Origin: Eledone cirrhosa
Lineage: Eukaryota
Reading direction: 5' to 3'
Assembly: GCA_964016885.1 (NCBI GenBank)
Contig: OZ024742.1
Span: 349,990,001-350,054,000 of the forward strand
DNA length: 64,000 nt
The notes under the pieces are model-generated. The model did not search any database and was not told where the DNA came from. It worked only from the letters and a program-made list of their open reading frames with translations. Of this stretch, positions 46,925-61,591 are shown piece by piece (positions within the stretch are counted from its first letter, which is position 1; each line of letters opens with the position of its first letter). The position numbers were made by a program, and so were the translations under genes.

Positions 46925-47072
46925 TTGTTTCTACTTTTTGGCACAAGGCCAGCAATTATCCCAGTGTATTACTGCTACTTTATTTTATCGACTCCGTAAG
47001 GATGAAAGGCAAAGTTAACCTTGACGTAACTATGCTAGAAAGCATGGCGTCTGACCCTCTAACGATACTGCC
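46925..47072 (-). mobile_element. tRNA-derived SINE with an internal deletion
   Basis: GGCACAAGGCCAGCAATT..GGATGAAAGGCAAAGTTAACCT..GACCCTCTAACGATACTGCCA. Confidence 0.8.
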
Positions 47073-47084
47073 ATGGCTTTGGTA

Positions 47085-47660
47085 GTGACGGTGACCATGG
47101 AGACGATGGGGGTAATGATGATGACGGTGACCATGGAGACGATGGGGGTAATGATGATGACGGTGACCATGGAGACGATGGGTGTAATGATGATGATGAC
47201 GGTAACCATGGAGACGATGGGTGTAATGATGATGATGATGAGGGTGACCATGGAGACGATGGAGGTAATGATGATGATGATGATGATGATGATGAGGGTG
47301 ACCATGGAGACGATGGGGGTAATGATGATGATGATGATGATGATGATGAGGGTGACCATGGATACGATGGGTGTAATGATGATGATGAGGGTGACCATGG
47401 AGACGATGGAGGTAATGATGATGATGATGATGATGAGGGTGACCATGGAGACGATGGGGGTAATGATGATGATGATGATGATGATGAGGGTGACCATGGA
47501 GACGATGGGTGTAATGATGATGATGACGGTAACCATGGAGACGATGGGTGTAATGATGATGATGATGAGGGTGACCATGGAGACGATGGAGGTAATGATG
47601 ATGATGATGATGGTGAGGGTGACCATGGAGACGGTGGATGTAATGATGATGATGATGATG
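47085..47660. repeat. Compound minisatellite GTGACCATGGAGACGATGG(G/A)(G/T)GTA(ATG)n
   Basis: About 14 units with variable (ATG)n length. Confidence 0.92.
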
Positions 47661-47714
47661 AAAATATAGGTTTCTGATTTAGGCACAAGGCCAACAATTT
47701 CATTTGTTACACTT

Positions 47715-47950
47715 TCTTAAATTACACACGCGAAATACATACGACTTGGCAAAGACATCTCTGTTGCCCGTTAATTCCGTTCTTTCAACCATTCTACTCA
47801 ATTTCTCTGTCTCAGGAATCATTTTACACCACGGATCCCCAAATACTCACACCGTAACCAATCCGAACTTAATTCTTCGAGTGGAACTGCTTTACCAAAT
47901 GGCCTCAACTACCGTCTACAGTTTCTATAGTCAGCTTTTATCCTTACCCA

Positions 47951-48042
<92 letters not shown>

Positions 48043-48310
48043 ACACACACACACACTCACGACTCCAGCCACCACATCAATACACAGATTCAATTCACAA
48101 CACCTGTATATATCATACAACACACATATGTATCACCTACCACAAATATATACGACCGAAAACACACGCATATATATATATGAACACACATACCCTTCAA
48201 ATGTCTACTAACACACATGCATACACCCACATACGGTTGCATATAATGTGTTTCCGCACACAGCGATAATCACCGAAGATGTCACAGTAATGTGTGACGA
48301 AATGACTTTA
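47715..48310 (+). mobile_element. PLE 3' remnant (GIY-YIG C-terminus and HHR core)
   Basis: KYIRLGKDISVAR*FRSFNHS / FSVSGI / GTALPNGLN across frameshifts. CCGAAGA T GTCACA GTAATG TGTGAC GAAA at 48273-48302. Confidence 0.65.
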
Positions 48311-48339
48311 AAAAAGTATATACGTATTTATATTTTTAA

Positions 48340-48537
48340 GTGTTGGTCAATCAATGATAAACATTGATTGTCAGCTAAATTATTTATAAAAAATATAAAA
48401 AATATATACTGAAAAGAAAACTAAACCAAACAATGCGGTTTAATATTTTTGGCAATATTAGGAAAACATAACGCTCCCTAAATATAACGATATGAGTTGA
48501 ACACACGATTTCATATACAAAAACATTGCAAAACAAA
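48340..48537 (+). mobile_element. Family G pLTR solo copy (diverged)
   Basis: GTTGGTCAATCAATGATAAACATTGATT..ACACACGATTTCATA..TTGCAAAACA is the reverse complement of 30120-30320. Confidence 0.7.
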
Positions 48538-48714
48538 TATATATTGATAAGGGCAATATCACCGAAACAATTGTCGACTGTTTTATCTCTGCAACCGGGG
48601 GAACAAAAGGAATACGTCTGTCGTCTAGAAAACATACATTCCGTAATGAGACTGTTTGCTTGCAAACGAAATGAATATTAATATTATCATAATATTACTA
48701 TTTTTTACTCACGA

Positions 48715-48821
<107 letters not shown>

Positions 48822-48880
48822 TTCCGGATGGCATACCATTCCTTGTCAATAAATATATATATACATATATATATATATAT

Positions 48881-50210
48881 AGTATAAAGAGAAAACACAG
48901 GTAAGCATTAAGAGAAGGATTTTATCCAGGTATTTACGACCGTTTCATTGGTAAGTGCAACCTTATATTGTTATACTGCAAATAGCAGCCACTCAATTAA
49001 AGTTGTTGTTCACGTACAAATTTTCAAAATAGTGAGTAAGTTACTCTTGAAATAGTTCTTAATATATAGAGAAAAACATTTTTTTGGAATTGTATTTACT
49101 AGTATAAAGAGAGAGGAACAGGAATTAGAATGTGGGGACAAACGGAATAGTATAGAGAGAGAGGAATGGGGAGAAGAGTTAGGAAGTACAAACTGAGATG
49201 GAGGGAGGTGTAGAGGTGGAAGGATTCCTTGATCAGTTTTGACATGTCGACTTCATGTCGTGGAATGTAGTGAGTTAAAGAGAATTAAATTGATCATAGT
49301 GGGAGGGATGGATAGAGAGAGAGAGGGGGGGATATAAAGAGATAAATATATATATATAAAATAAAGATAAAGATAATAATGACAAAAGTAAAAGCAAAGA
49401 AGGGGGGGGGGGGAGAAAGAAGAAAAGAAAAGATAGCCAAAAAGGGGAGGGAAGAAAGGAAGGAAGAAAACGAAGAAATAGAAGTGGAATGAAGGAGAAG
49501 GGAGGGATATAGGTTTTTGTGGGTAATTAAAAGGGTTTAGATACAATAAGAGGGTATACAGTCTAAGTATATGCAGTTTGTCAGTTGGTAGTAAGAGGTT
49601 AAAGGTTCGATTTGCACGTGTAGTGCGAAAACTTTTCTTTGAGTCTATGGTTACAAGAAATTGATCTTTCGATTTTATTGTTGAGTAACTTATTCTTCGA
49701 ACTCAAAATGTGGAACAGCTCAAGGTCACATAATCGACAGCTTCTCATACCACTCCGATATGGGGGCGCGTTCGATAATTTTTTCCACTTCAGGGTATAT
49801 TGATGGTTACTTTCCCTCAGTTGCCAGGTCTTGTTTGCAAGGGTAGTTACATAACGATGCTGGGAATGTTTCATTGCGTAACGGTGTGTATACCAACGGG
49901 CTTTAAATGTATTCCCAGTCGCTCAAATGTAATACCATTTCTGGTTGTCTGATTCCACTGTGCATTGGTAAACCAGGTTAGACTGCATACATTCATTATG
50001 TAATGGACAGGTTTCAGGTAGGTGGCAGTTACAATTCTTGTCATGGGCATCCTTCTCTTAATGCTTACCTGTGTTTTCTCTTTTATACTCCAAGATTGAA
50101 CGGAATTCTAACAAACTTGTGGAGTTACCCCTAACCGTACGTTGAAACCATCCATGAAACTGGCTTTCTTAACCACGAACTGGATCACAATAAGCAATTT
50201 TCTGCTTCCT
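48881..50210 (-). mobile_element. 5'-truncated Neptune-type PLE (endonuclease only) with inverted pLTR
   Basis: 49599-50045 minus: CNCHLPETCPLHNEC..LVYQC..YYI*ATGNTFKARWYTH..CRLCDLE. 48881-48920 is inverted at 50049-50089. Confidence 0.88.
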
Positions 50211-50226
50211 TAACTATATATATATA

Positions 50227-50400
50227 AGTAGTAACACAACAGTTAGTTCACCATACCGGGACCAATTGTTTCACCTTAGCGGATCCGCAAAAGGTGATAC
50301 AATTGTTCTCGGTATGGTGAACTAACTGTTGTGTTACCACTTCTACCAAACTCGTCCCATGGACTGAGTGCTCTACCACTAGGGATATTACCTTCGAGTG
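50227..50400. mobile_element. Asymmetric fold-back carrying the 3' half of an HHR
   Basis: Centre GCGGATCCGC (50279-50288). The arm reads AGGT GAAA CAATTG GTC. Confidence 0.75.
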
Positions 50401-50442
50401 TTCCCCCCCTCTCTCTCTCTCTTTATATATATATATACATAT

Positions 50443-50625
50443 ATATAATAACTAGAAATTGATTAACATATAAATAAACATTAATAATCACAGGAGATAA
50501 TTATCTCCTGTGATTATTCATGTTTATTTATATGTTAATCAATTTCTAGTTATTATAATATGTTTGGACCTATTCGTTAGGTCTTTCTCGCATGACACCC
50601 ATAATTGTGATAATCTTAATTTTGG
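50443..50625. repeat. Asymmetric fold-back, arms about 57 bp, with right tail
   Basis: Centre GGAGATAA|TTATCTCC at 50500/50501, TA flanks. Confidence 0.85.
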
Positions 50626-50688
<63 letters not shown>

Positions 50689-50845
50689 TAGATATACAAA
50701 TATATACATATATAGATATAGAGAGATAGGTAGATAGATATAGGCACACACACACACATATATATATATACATATAGCTATATACATATCAGTACACACA
50801 TTTAATATATTTATATATATTTTTATATATATATATAAATATATG

Positions 50846-50935
<90 letters not shown>

Positions 50936-51018
50936 CACACATTCAATATATTTATTTATATTTATATATATATAAGTACACAAATTTAATATATTTTTAT
51001 ATATATAAGTACACACAT

Positions 51019-51101
<83 letters not shown>

Positions 51102-51942
51102 AGACGGCATAATATGGCTTGACGATAATTGGTTTGCTATTTCTAGCACATCGACTAACCAGTTAGTAGGTTCAATAGTTAGCTCACTGTTTCAATGTTT
51201 GTAAGAGGCTGTGGTTGGTTGATCAATGTCTGTTTAAACGTAGCTGTTTCATGTGATATAATGCAAATAATACATCGTTAACAAGAGCTACAAAGTTTTT
51301 GTTGTGCTATTTGCCCAGAATAGTAATCAAATCACAACAAGACTCAACAATAGTCATTGGCGCCAAATACAACTTCTTTCTATTTTCATTGTTTGTTTAT
51401 TTATAATAATAATTTGCTTCATTAGACAATATTTTCATTGCCATGACAGCAAATGGCGAATGTACAATTTTGTTATATGTGTGTGTGTTTGTCTCTCTCT
51501 ATATCTGTGTGTGTGAGTGTGCGTGTTTGTGTGAGTTTGTATATGTGTGGTATATATCTCTATATATGTACATATACAGACACACATACATACACATACA
51601 TACACATACATACACATACAAGCATACATACAAACACAGACATTCACACACACACACACACACAAACACACACATATATAGATATATATATACATATATA
51701 TACACACACAGAGACAGACACATACACACACAGACACATACACTCACACATACACACTCACACACAAACAATCACACACATATATATGTTTATATATATA
51801 CATATATAGAAGACACAGTGCATGTGCTATTGAAGACATAAGTATTGCGCTATTAAAATAATATTCTTTCATTTACATTTATATCCTAACATATACGCAG
51901 ACATATCCACACACGCACACACACATATATACACACATAAAT

Positions 51943-52003
<61 letters not shown>

Positions 52004-52008
<5 letters not shown>

Positions 52009-52195
52009 GCGGTGGATTGGCAGTATCGGTAGAGGTTCGGACGCCATGCTTTGACGTATAGAGTTACGGCCCTTGCCATTCTGAGTTCAAATCCCGTCGA
52101 GGTTAACTTTGCCTTTCATCCTTACGGGGTTGATAAAATAAAGTACCAGCAATGCACTGGGTAATTGCTGGCCTTGTGCCTAACGTAGAAACAAT
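52004..52195 (+). mobile_element. tRNA-derived SINE, full length
   Basis: AAGGGCGGTGGATTGGCAGTATCGGTAG..GAGTTCAAATCCC..GATAAAATAAAGTACCAG..GGCCTTGTGCC. Confidence 0.92.
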
Positions 52196-52271
52196 CATAT
52201 ATATATATATATATATATATATAAATGAAAGGTATAGAAAACATTGTAGCAAAAAGCCAGCACTATTCCAT

Positions 52272-52325
<54 letters not shown>

Positions 52326-52443
52326 GTTATACAGTATAAATCGAATGTAGGTATGTCAGAGTTTCGGCTGTCTGACAGGCTTGCTGACTTCGCACTTGTT
52401 CTGCACACACACAAAGACACACACATATATGCCTATATGCGTG

Positions 52444-52478
<35 letters not shown>

Positions 52479-52752
52479 ATATGTGTATGTATATACATAC
52501 ATATGTGTATGTATATATGTGTATGTATATATATATATATATATATAAATGGAATTAATAGAATGGAACAAGGTTGTATAGAGGAACAATTGTGTTAGTG
52601 AAACAATGAGGAAGAGAAACTGGTGAACTGATAATTGTAAAGTCTTGTTTAAAGTGTTGTTATATAACTGTAGCTTAGTTATCACAGTCTCTCCCTCTCT
52701 CTTGCTCAATGTTATTGAACAATTGCTGCACCGATATAAATGTCTACAATAC

Positions 52753-52787
<35 letters not shown>

Positions 52788-52820
52788 TATATATATGCAC
52801 ATATATATATATACATGTAT

Positions 52821-52867
<47 letters not shown>

Positions 52868-53008
52868 TATATGTATATTTACATATATATATACACACAT
52901 ATATATACATGTATAGACTCTATATATATATATATATATATATACATAACGGTATTCATATTATATATGCATATATATGTATATATATATATATATGTAC
53001 ATATACGG

Positions 53009-53085
<77 letters not shown>

Positions 53086-55314
53086 TACATACATAATCGT
53101 ACATATATATATATGCGTATGTACACACACAATTGTACAAGCTGCAAGTTTTAGATCCTATATACTGTTCATGCATTACGACTTCTTTGTGTTATATAAT
53201 ACTATAATATAAAGTTAGCATGATTGTTTAATGACATGCTTTTATGGCGATTACAGCCTCGACTGGATAAGAAATATTGATAATACTGGGGTGTGTGTCT
53301 CTTTTCCCAAAGGAACTATTGTTATATTGTTATATGTGATAAGTCTTATAATCCATTGGGTTATAGAGACGCAAATGAAGATTTTCGTCGCCAAATAAAG
53401 TATCTAGGGGAAGGAAAAGTCAATTTAGCAGATAGTTAATTCTTTGCTAAGCTATATCTCTAATGTAATTTACAACGGTTTGCGAGGAAGATTTTGCTGC
53501 GACTTTCACAGGTCATGTGACCACGTTGAAGCTTTTTCATTGGCTTAGAGAATTGATCAGGCAGTTGCCATGTTCTAGTTCAATATTCAACTTGTTTTGT
53601 TTCAGAGTTGCGGATGTAGACACGTGACGCCGAAGCCTTTCTTAAAGAATCATTAAATGTACATTATTATTTACTGCGAGAAAAAGGCATTAACAAAAAT
53701 ATCATCTTTGAAATGTGATCATATAGAACGTCTTTGAGAATAATAGCAGGGACAGAAATTCTAAAAATGACAAATACACACACACCAAAAAAAAAAAAGA
53801 TAGATTAAAGACAGCAACAATGAAAGAAAACAATAAAATAATTTGGACACTTAATTAGAAAAACTGGTTTGTAGAGAATATTAATAGAAAGCAAAATAAA
53901 TGGGAAAAAAAAGAAGAAACCTAAGAACTGCCTCGATGGATTATAAAAATAATTTATCAAGGTTAAAATACAATGTATAAGAATAAAACAAAACAGAAAG
54001 AAAGTGATGTTGATCCGCGATATTTAACTTGCTGAGAGCAGACGATACCCGATGACATTGTCAGAGAAAATACAAAAACAAAAACAAAAGAAAAAGCAAA
54101 TAAAAGCAAATAAAATAGAATAAAATCTTCCACGTCAATTTAGCTTTAAATCAAAAGAACAATGAGAACTTTTAACATTCACCTTTCTAAAAGAATGATT
54201 GTAAAACGCGAATCATTTCTAAGTTAGACTAGAAATCTTGTAACGCATGAATGACTCAAATGTCAGAATACTGGTTGTAATTTTTCTTGAGTCAATGTTA
54301 TTTTATTTTATTGCTAAGTTTTCTTGTACATAGTGCTGAATTATAAATACTGGTGTATTCAATGACTGTTCTTTATTCTCTGGTACTCGAAATAGAGATT
54401 TAAAGAATCGTAATCTCAAATTAAACCCATATATATATTTTTGCCAAAACGGATATGGCTATACATTCATTGACCTCAGTCTTCACGTGTGACTGTGAAA
54501 TGTGTAGCACATATATACTATCCGATCTATTTTCTTTATCATTCTAAAAAACAAGAATGCTTTAATATGCACTAATATTCGCATTGTCATTAAAAGATCT
54601 CACCTTTATGCATTTTAAGAAATAGATCTACTTCTATTTAGAAACATTATAATACTTTCTGAAATGTGGCAGTTATTTGATCACGCTAAGCGATAACCAG
54701 TCTATACTTAAATTCAAAGTGTTATATCGACACCTCTCTGGTTAAGTGACATGTTGTGAATTCCTTCTTGAGTTAGATTTAATTTATGAGATCATCTTAA
54801 GGTCTGAATAGCAACAATAAGAAATATTGTCATGTCACCTACATCACATCTTATGAAGTAACTGATGAGCGATGTTTCACGAAACAATATTTTAAAGTGT
54901 TATCTCTTGAAATGTTATCTCTCTAAAAATCTCTTTCTTCTAATATGTCACACCTTGCGAAGTTAAGTTCGGTGAAAATATAAATATATGTAAAGTGTTA
55001 ATGAAGTTTAACTTACTTTCTTCCATCTGTAGTAAGTAAAAATTGTTTTAAATGACAATATACAACATTTATTGAATTGGAAAAGTTATTTCTTTTTTTC
55101 TGTTTTAAGATTCCTCGCATATAAGCCACCATATCTTCCACCTTTTCAAACTGAGATATGTTTCAGGATTTAACCCCTCCCTACCACTCAATGGCTGCTA
55201 CCTTACTTACAAAACTATACACTCTCTCTTATGTTGTTGTCGTTGTTGTCACAGCTCACACCTTGCAGGTTTAGCTGGCCTCCTCCAAGGTATATCTCGT
55301 TGGAGGTGTCTTGG

Positions 55315-55488
55315 GTGATTTAATGATAGGGACCCCAGTCCTATCATCTCATTTCTACAGCTGAGTAACCTGGAGCAACGTGAAATAAAGTGTCTTGCCC
55401 AAGGAGACAACACATCACCCGGTCCGAGAATTGAACTCACAACCTTTCAATTGCAAGCCCAATGCTCCAACCACTAAGCCATGCGCCT
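55315..55488 (-). mobile_element. Second tRNA-derived SINE family
   Basis: Minus strand GGCGCATGGCTTAGTGGTT..GAGTTCAATTCTC..CCTTGGGCAAGACACTTTATTTCACGTTGCTCC. Related pieces lie at about 56340-56430 and 61795-61895. Confidence 0.85.
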
Positions 55489-56475
55489 TCTCTTATGACT
55501 AAATCATGAATACTATCATCACAAACTTTACTAGAGCTAGCACTCACAATATTTGATGCGATTTTATAGTTACTAGACGGATAAAGTTTTCTAGGGTCAA
55601 AAATATATTCAGCTTTGAACAGCTGCTGCCCCTACACAATGTCCCACATATACACAATTTAGAGGACTGATTTTATATGATGTTTTTACAAACAGCATTT
55701 TTAGATCACACACCAAAACATGAACTACCAACTAATTTGCAAACATTCACTCCCAAACAGACAACCACGAACTCTCTGACATTTGTGTGTCTCCTTTATC
55801 ATCAATACATTAGTTAATTAATCAGTAACTTATCATTTGATGCCAGTTTTAAACTGTTTTGACACCAACCTGAAACTGTCAATGGTTCTATGATACAACG
55901 CCGTTGGTTTTAAAGTGGTCGTATTTAAATTTAAACCTTCCATAATAATTATACGCTAAACAAAAATTGTTATGTTTCAACCACGAGCTTAATATTGGAA
56001 AAATTAATTATATTTTAAAATCATTTCAAATTATTCATTATTTTAAAACTTAATGGTCATTATAGGGGAAATTATGTTTTCATTTTTAGCGTGTAACCAT
56101 GCACACGCACACAACGCCAGGCCCCAAATACTTATTTCCACAACTGCCAACATTAGAAACTATCTTATTAGTCATGTTTTTATTTATACAGGCAGCAAAA
56201 GACAAAAGGAATGAAGCGTTTAAAGTAAAAAACTTCTCCCACCCAAAAAACAAACAAACAAAAAAACAACAACAAAAAACAAAACAAGAAAACAGGGAAA
56301 TTTGCAGCTCCCACATATGGAGGAGTAGATAACCTGTCAGAAGGGTCTGGCTCAAGACTATAACGCGCCATTACCTCAAGGAGTCGAACCCACGATCACA
56401 AGTCCAACACTCTAACCACTAGACCACGCATGTTCGCAACAGAAAGTAGAAGTAAATTTAATATCAGTATCAACT

Positions 56476-56697
56476 ACAAGGCGGTAGATTGGCATTATCG
56501 GTGGAACGTCGGAACACATGACTTATGGCATAGAGTTATGGCCCTTTACGATCTGAGTTCGAATCCTGTTGAGTTAGCTTTGTCTTTCAACCTTACGAGG
56601 TCGATAAAATAAAGTACCAGTAATGCACTGGGGTCGATTTAATCGACTTTCCCCTCCCCCAAACTGTTAGCCTTGTGTCTAAATCAGAAACCATTAT
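56476..56697 (+). mobile_element. tRNA-derived SINE
   Basis: AAGGCGGTAGATTGGC..GAGTTCGAATCC..GTCGATAAAATAAAGTACCAG..GGGGTCGATTTAATCGACT. Confidence 0.88.
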
Positions 56698-56985
56698 TAA
56701 TATCATTGAACTCACTAGTCCTATGGGGACTGCAAGGACCAACGGCATCGTATTTTTTACCCAGCCTCAATTGGACAGATGAAAACTCTCAATAATGAAT
56801 TACATGAAAACAAAAATCTGACAAGAGAATGTTCAGCTAAAACAAGAAACATTGATTGATGAGGAAAGTAAAATATGACGTTTTACAGCTTCACAACTGT
56901 ACTCCATCTCTGGGACACAATAATATAACACGGTTTTGGTTTCTATTAGTTTTCTTACAGTGTTATGTTTCATTTAGAAGAATTG

Positions 56986-57197
56986 AGGGCGAAGGGTTAG
57001 CAGTAATAGGTAGAGAGTCGGACACTATGCTTCGTGGCATAGAGTTACGGCCCTTTACGTTCTGATTTAAAAACCTGGCGTGTCTTTCAACCCCAGGAGG
57101 TCGATAACATAAATTGTAAGTAATACACTAAGATCGATTTAATCGACTTTCCCCTTCCCTTCAAATTGCTGGCTTCGTACCCAAATCAGAAACCATT
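56986..57197 (+). mobile_element. tRNA-derived SINE (diverged)
   Basis: Same architecture as 56476-56697. Confidence 0.78.
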
Positions 57198-57663
57198 AAT
57201 AAGAATCGATATAAATAAAGTATTTTACTAATTCATACACAAGAAACATAAACAGATTTTATATATTCAGATTACCCTTTTACGTGTTCCAACCTACTGA
57301 GGCCATGCTGTGGCACTGCAGATTTAATGACACAAAGTAAATCCCTACGATCCGGCTTACTGATAAATTCCCATTATTCCCACTGGAATAGGAAGAAGAG
57401 GTTGCAAGTGAGAGATGTCAAACGTTCAACTAAAACATTCCTCTTGCTAAATATTATATATAAATGTTTCTACCGAAATGTGTTCGATACTAGAAACTAT
57501 TGGCATCGTTTAATCAATATATTATAAATAATCTATGATTACTGATTAAGAATTAAAAAAAAAATGTCAAATATGGTAAAACTATGACAACATAAATGAA
57601 CGAAATTCTTATTTCATCCAGCCACACGTTCAACATGTTTGAGGTGATTTATATATATATATA

Positions 57664-57862
57664 GGTAAGTTATTCCGGGTTGAATCGGAGGTAGCCACAG
57701 TAAGTAAGGTACTCAATACATAGCAGAGTATAAAAGTTTTAAGATAGATGAGATTCTACAGGACTAGAACTGTTTCATTCTTGAGAAATCATCATATTCC
57801 TGATGATTTCTCAAGAATGAAACAGTTCTAGTCCTGTAGAATCTCATCTATATTAAAACTAT
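57664..57862. mobile_element. Asymmetric fold-back with an HHR core at the junction
   Basis: Arms about 57735-57794 and 57801-57860. Plus strand CTGATGA TTTC TCAA GAAT GAAA CAG TT at 57800-57827. Confidence 0.85.
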
Positions 57863-57888
57863 ATATATATATATATTGAGCTAGAAAG

Positions 57889-57925
<37 letters not shown>

Positions 57926-58264
57926 AGCAAGAAAGATGAAAAAAACCTTACTCCAACATTTGATTTTAATTTTAAATCCTTAATTTTTAGTTTTTAACTA
58001 CTATTAATTCTTTTTAATTTTTATTTCAATACTCAACATTTGATAAGATGAATTTTAATAATAATCGAAACCGGTTATACTTTATATACTTCATATACTT
58101 TATATAGATTCTAAAACTTAAAAAAATAAAAGATTTGTCCCTCTCATCTTTTCAATAATGTCACTTTGACGATTCAAAGAAAGAATAAAAAAAGAAAAAC
58201 AAAACCGTAAATATATTTTCCGTGCTATTTCCAACTTCACCTTTTCTCTATATCCACTGTTTTG

Positions 58265-58282
58265 TATAGAACCTTACTTCCC

Positions 58283-58340
<58 letters not shown>

Positions 58341-58358
58341 GGGAAGTAAGGTTCTATA
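58265..58358. repeat. Inverted repeat enclosing a (TA)n tract
   Basis: TATAGAACCTTACTTCCCTTTTCTAA (TA)n TTAGAAAAGGGAAGTAAGGTTCTATA. Confidence 0.9.
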
Positions 58359-58493
58359 TATATATATAAATGAGAAGCTGACGAAGTCGCGAGTAACAAA
58401 ACTCACTATTTACCCTTATTAAAATTAACGTCTTCTGTTTTCTGTCGCCGTCAACTACATACGCATGTATATATATATATATTTATATATATA

Positions 58494-58526
<33 letters not shown>

Positions 58527-58528
<2 letters not shown>

Positions 58529-59240
58529 CATCTTGCTCAGCGTCGGTTATGGTGGTAAAATTCCTGGCAAAAGCAAGTATGTCGAGTTGCAGGAAGCGAG
58601 TGTGGCGGTTGTCGGGCAATTCTTGGAACCAAGCGATTGCCTCGGATGTTCTGCTCCAGAGTGGGAATGGTGAAGCAGCCCGCAGGATCTTTTTGCTGAT
58701 AGAGCCGATGTCCGAACGCGTGGGGTTGATATGTCTGACTGATGGTTTTTTTTTAGGAAGTTTCCCTTCTGGTCCTTCAGGGTAAAGTGCGGGATCTTTA
58801 CCCTTCGAGGTTCCGTTCGTTCGTGTGTGTTACACTTCCCATACAATATAGGTACTACACCATATTCCATAAGAACACAATAAGACTCTCCTAATCCACT
58901 ACACCTAACCTAGCTAGGAATATAGCCAATCTCAACACTAGAAAATTAAATAAGCCTACTACCCCCGAACCCAATCCACGGACTGAAGCCTTGTGCAACT
59001 GCCTAAATAAGGAAGCCTGCCCACTTGAAAACAAATGCCTGACAAATGACATCGTATACAAATGTTAGGCACCGATGACGGCAACAACAAAAAGACTTAC
59101 ATCGGCATGACTTCCAATAATTTTAAGACACGGTGGTATGCCCATACTTTCAGGAAGCTTTTCTATATTAAAACATTTATACTCTGCTGTGTATTGAGTA
59201 CCTTACTTACTGTGGTTACCTCCGATTGAACCCAGAATAA

Positions 59241-59243
<3 letters not shown>
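58527..59243. pseudogene. Rearranged Neptune-type PLE: RT N-terminal piece (-) joined to a linker/GIY-YIG piece (+) and a pLTR tail
   Basis: Minus 58527-58810: TLKDQKGNF / VRHINPTRSDIGSISKKIL..WSRTSEAIAWF..FLQLDI. Plus 58868-59158: CNCLNKEACPLENKCL..IVYKC..TYIGMTSNNFKTRWYAH. 59163-59243 is the reverse complement of 57667-57747. Confidence 0.8.
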
Positions 59244-60466
<1,223 letters not shown>

Positions 60467-60467
<1 letters not shown>

Positions 60468-60777
60468 TTGTTATACATGGGGAGGGTAATATTTGTGTAA
60501 TATTGCCAGAATTAATAACAGAACACACTCACTGTTTGGTTGGTTTTCGCTTTTCGCTTCTGTGTCTTTTATATCGGTAATCTAATTTATTCGGTCCTCA
60601 ATGTTGCCATTGAGGACCGAATAAATTAGATTACCGATATAAACGACACAGAAGTGAAAACCAACCAAACAGTGAGTGTGTTCTGTTATTAATTCTGGCA
60701 ATATTACACAAATATGACCCTCCCCAAGTAGAACAATATTTGTTTCGATACACGATTTCATATCAAAAACCTCGCAA

Positions 60778-60782
<5 letters not shown>
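60467..60782. mobile_element. Family G asymmetric fold-back
   Basis: Centre CTCAATG TTGC CATTGAG (about 60605), arms about 130 bp, right tail to 60782. Confidence 0.85.
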
Positions 60783-60850
<68 letters not shown>

Positions 60851-61162
60851 TATATATATATGTATATATATATGTATATATATATCGTAAATAGCTAACT
60901 GAAAAAACACTTCTGTAATTTCTCTTCCACCCCAATTTCTCCCTCTTCCCAATCTTGTCTATCTTTCTATTTTTCTTATATTTATCCTTCTCACGTTTGA
61001 CGACTGTCTTAACGTCCGAAACGTTGAGACTGTTTTCCTAATATATCAACCGTTAAGGTAATCTTCTGGAAATTCTATCATTTTGCTCTGTAGTTTATCC
61101 ATTTAATTTTAGCACATATATATGCATACACATGAATACACACACACACGAACACACACATG

Positions 61163-61304
<142 letters not shown>

Positions 61305-61306
61305 AG

Positions 61307-61528
61307 AAAGTGCTCAAGCACAGAAATGCTATGAAGATAGCTTATAAAATAGTGTAAAGACCCTTAAAAGACGGAACACTGCTGTGAGGAATTGAACCCC
61401 ATATGTCCAGTATGTGAGAGATATATGGTTCAATCCCTCCTAGCGAGCGATGGCAACCCTCTTTTCTGTCTTCTAAGGGTCTTCGCCCTAGTTTATAATC
61501 TATCTTTATAGTATTTGTGCGCTTAAGC

Positions 61529-61533
<5 letters not shown>
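61307..61533. repeat. Diverged inverted repeat with B-box-like motifs in both arms
   Basis: AAAGTGCTCAAGCAC..AAGACCCTTAAAAGAC versus GTCTTCTAAGGGTCTT..GCTTAAGCACTTT, with inner GGAATTGAACC / GGTTCAATCCC. Confidence 0.65.

Positions 61534-61591
<58 letters not shown>

Noticed and set aside
47030-47703. Three overlapping ~200-aa low-complexity ORFs
   Set aside because: They are a consequence of a triplet-based minisatellite.
52004-52100. tRNA gene
   Set aside because: The A/B boxes belong to a SINE head with no complete cloverleaf, followed by SINE core and tail.
54862-54892. HHR-like CTGATGA GCGATGTTTCAC GAAA
   Set aside because: Stems I and III are poor and no associated element is visible.
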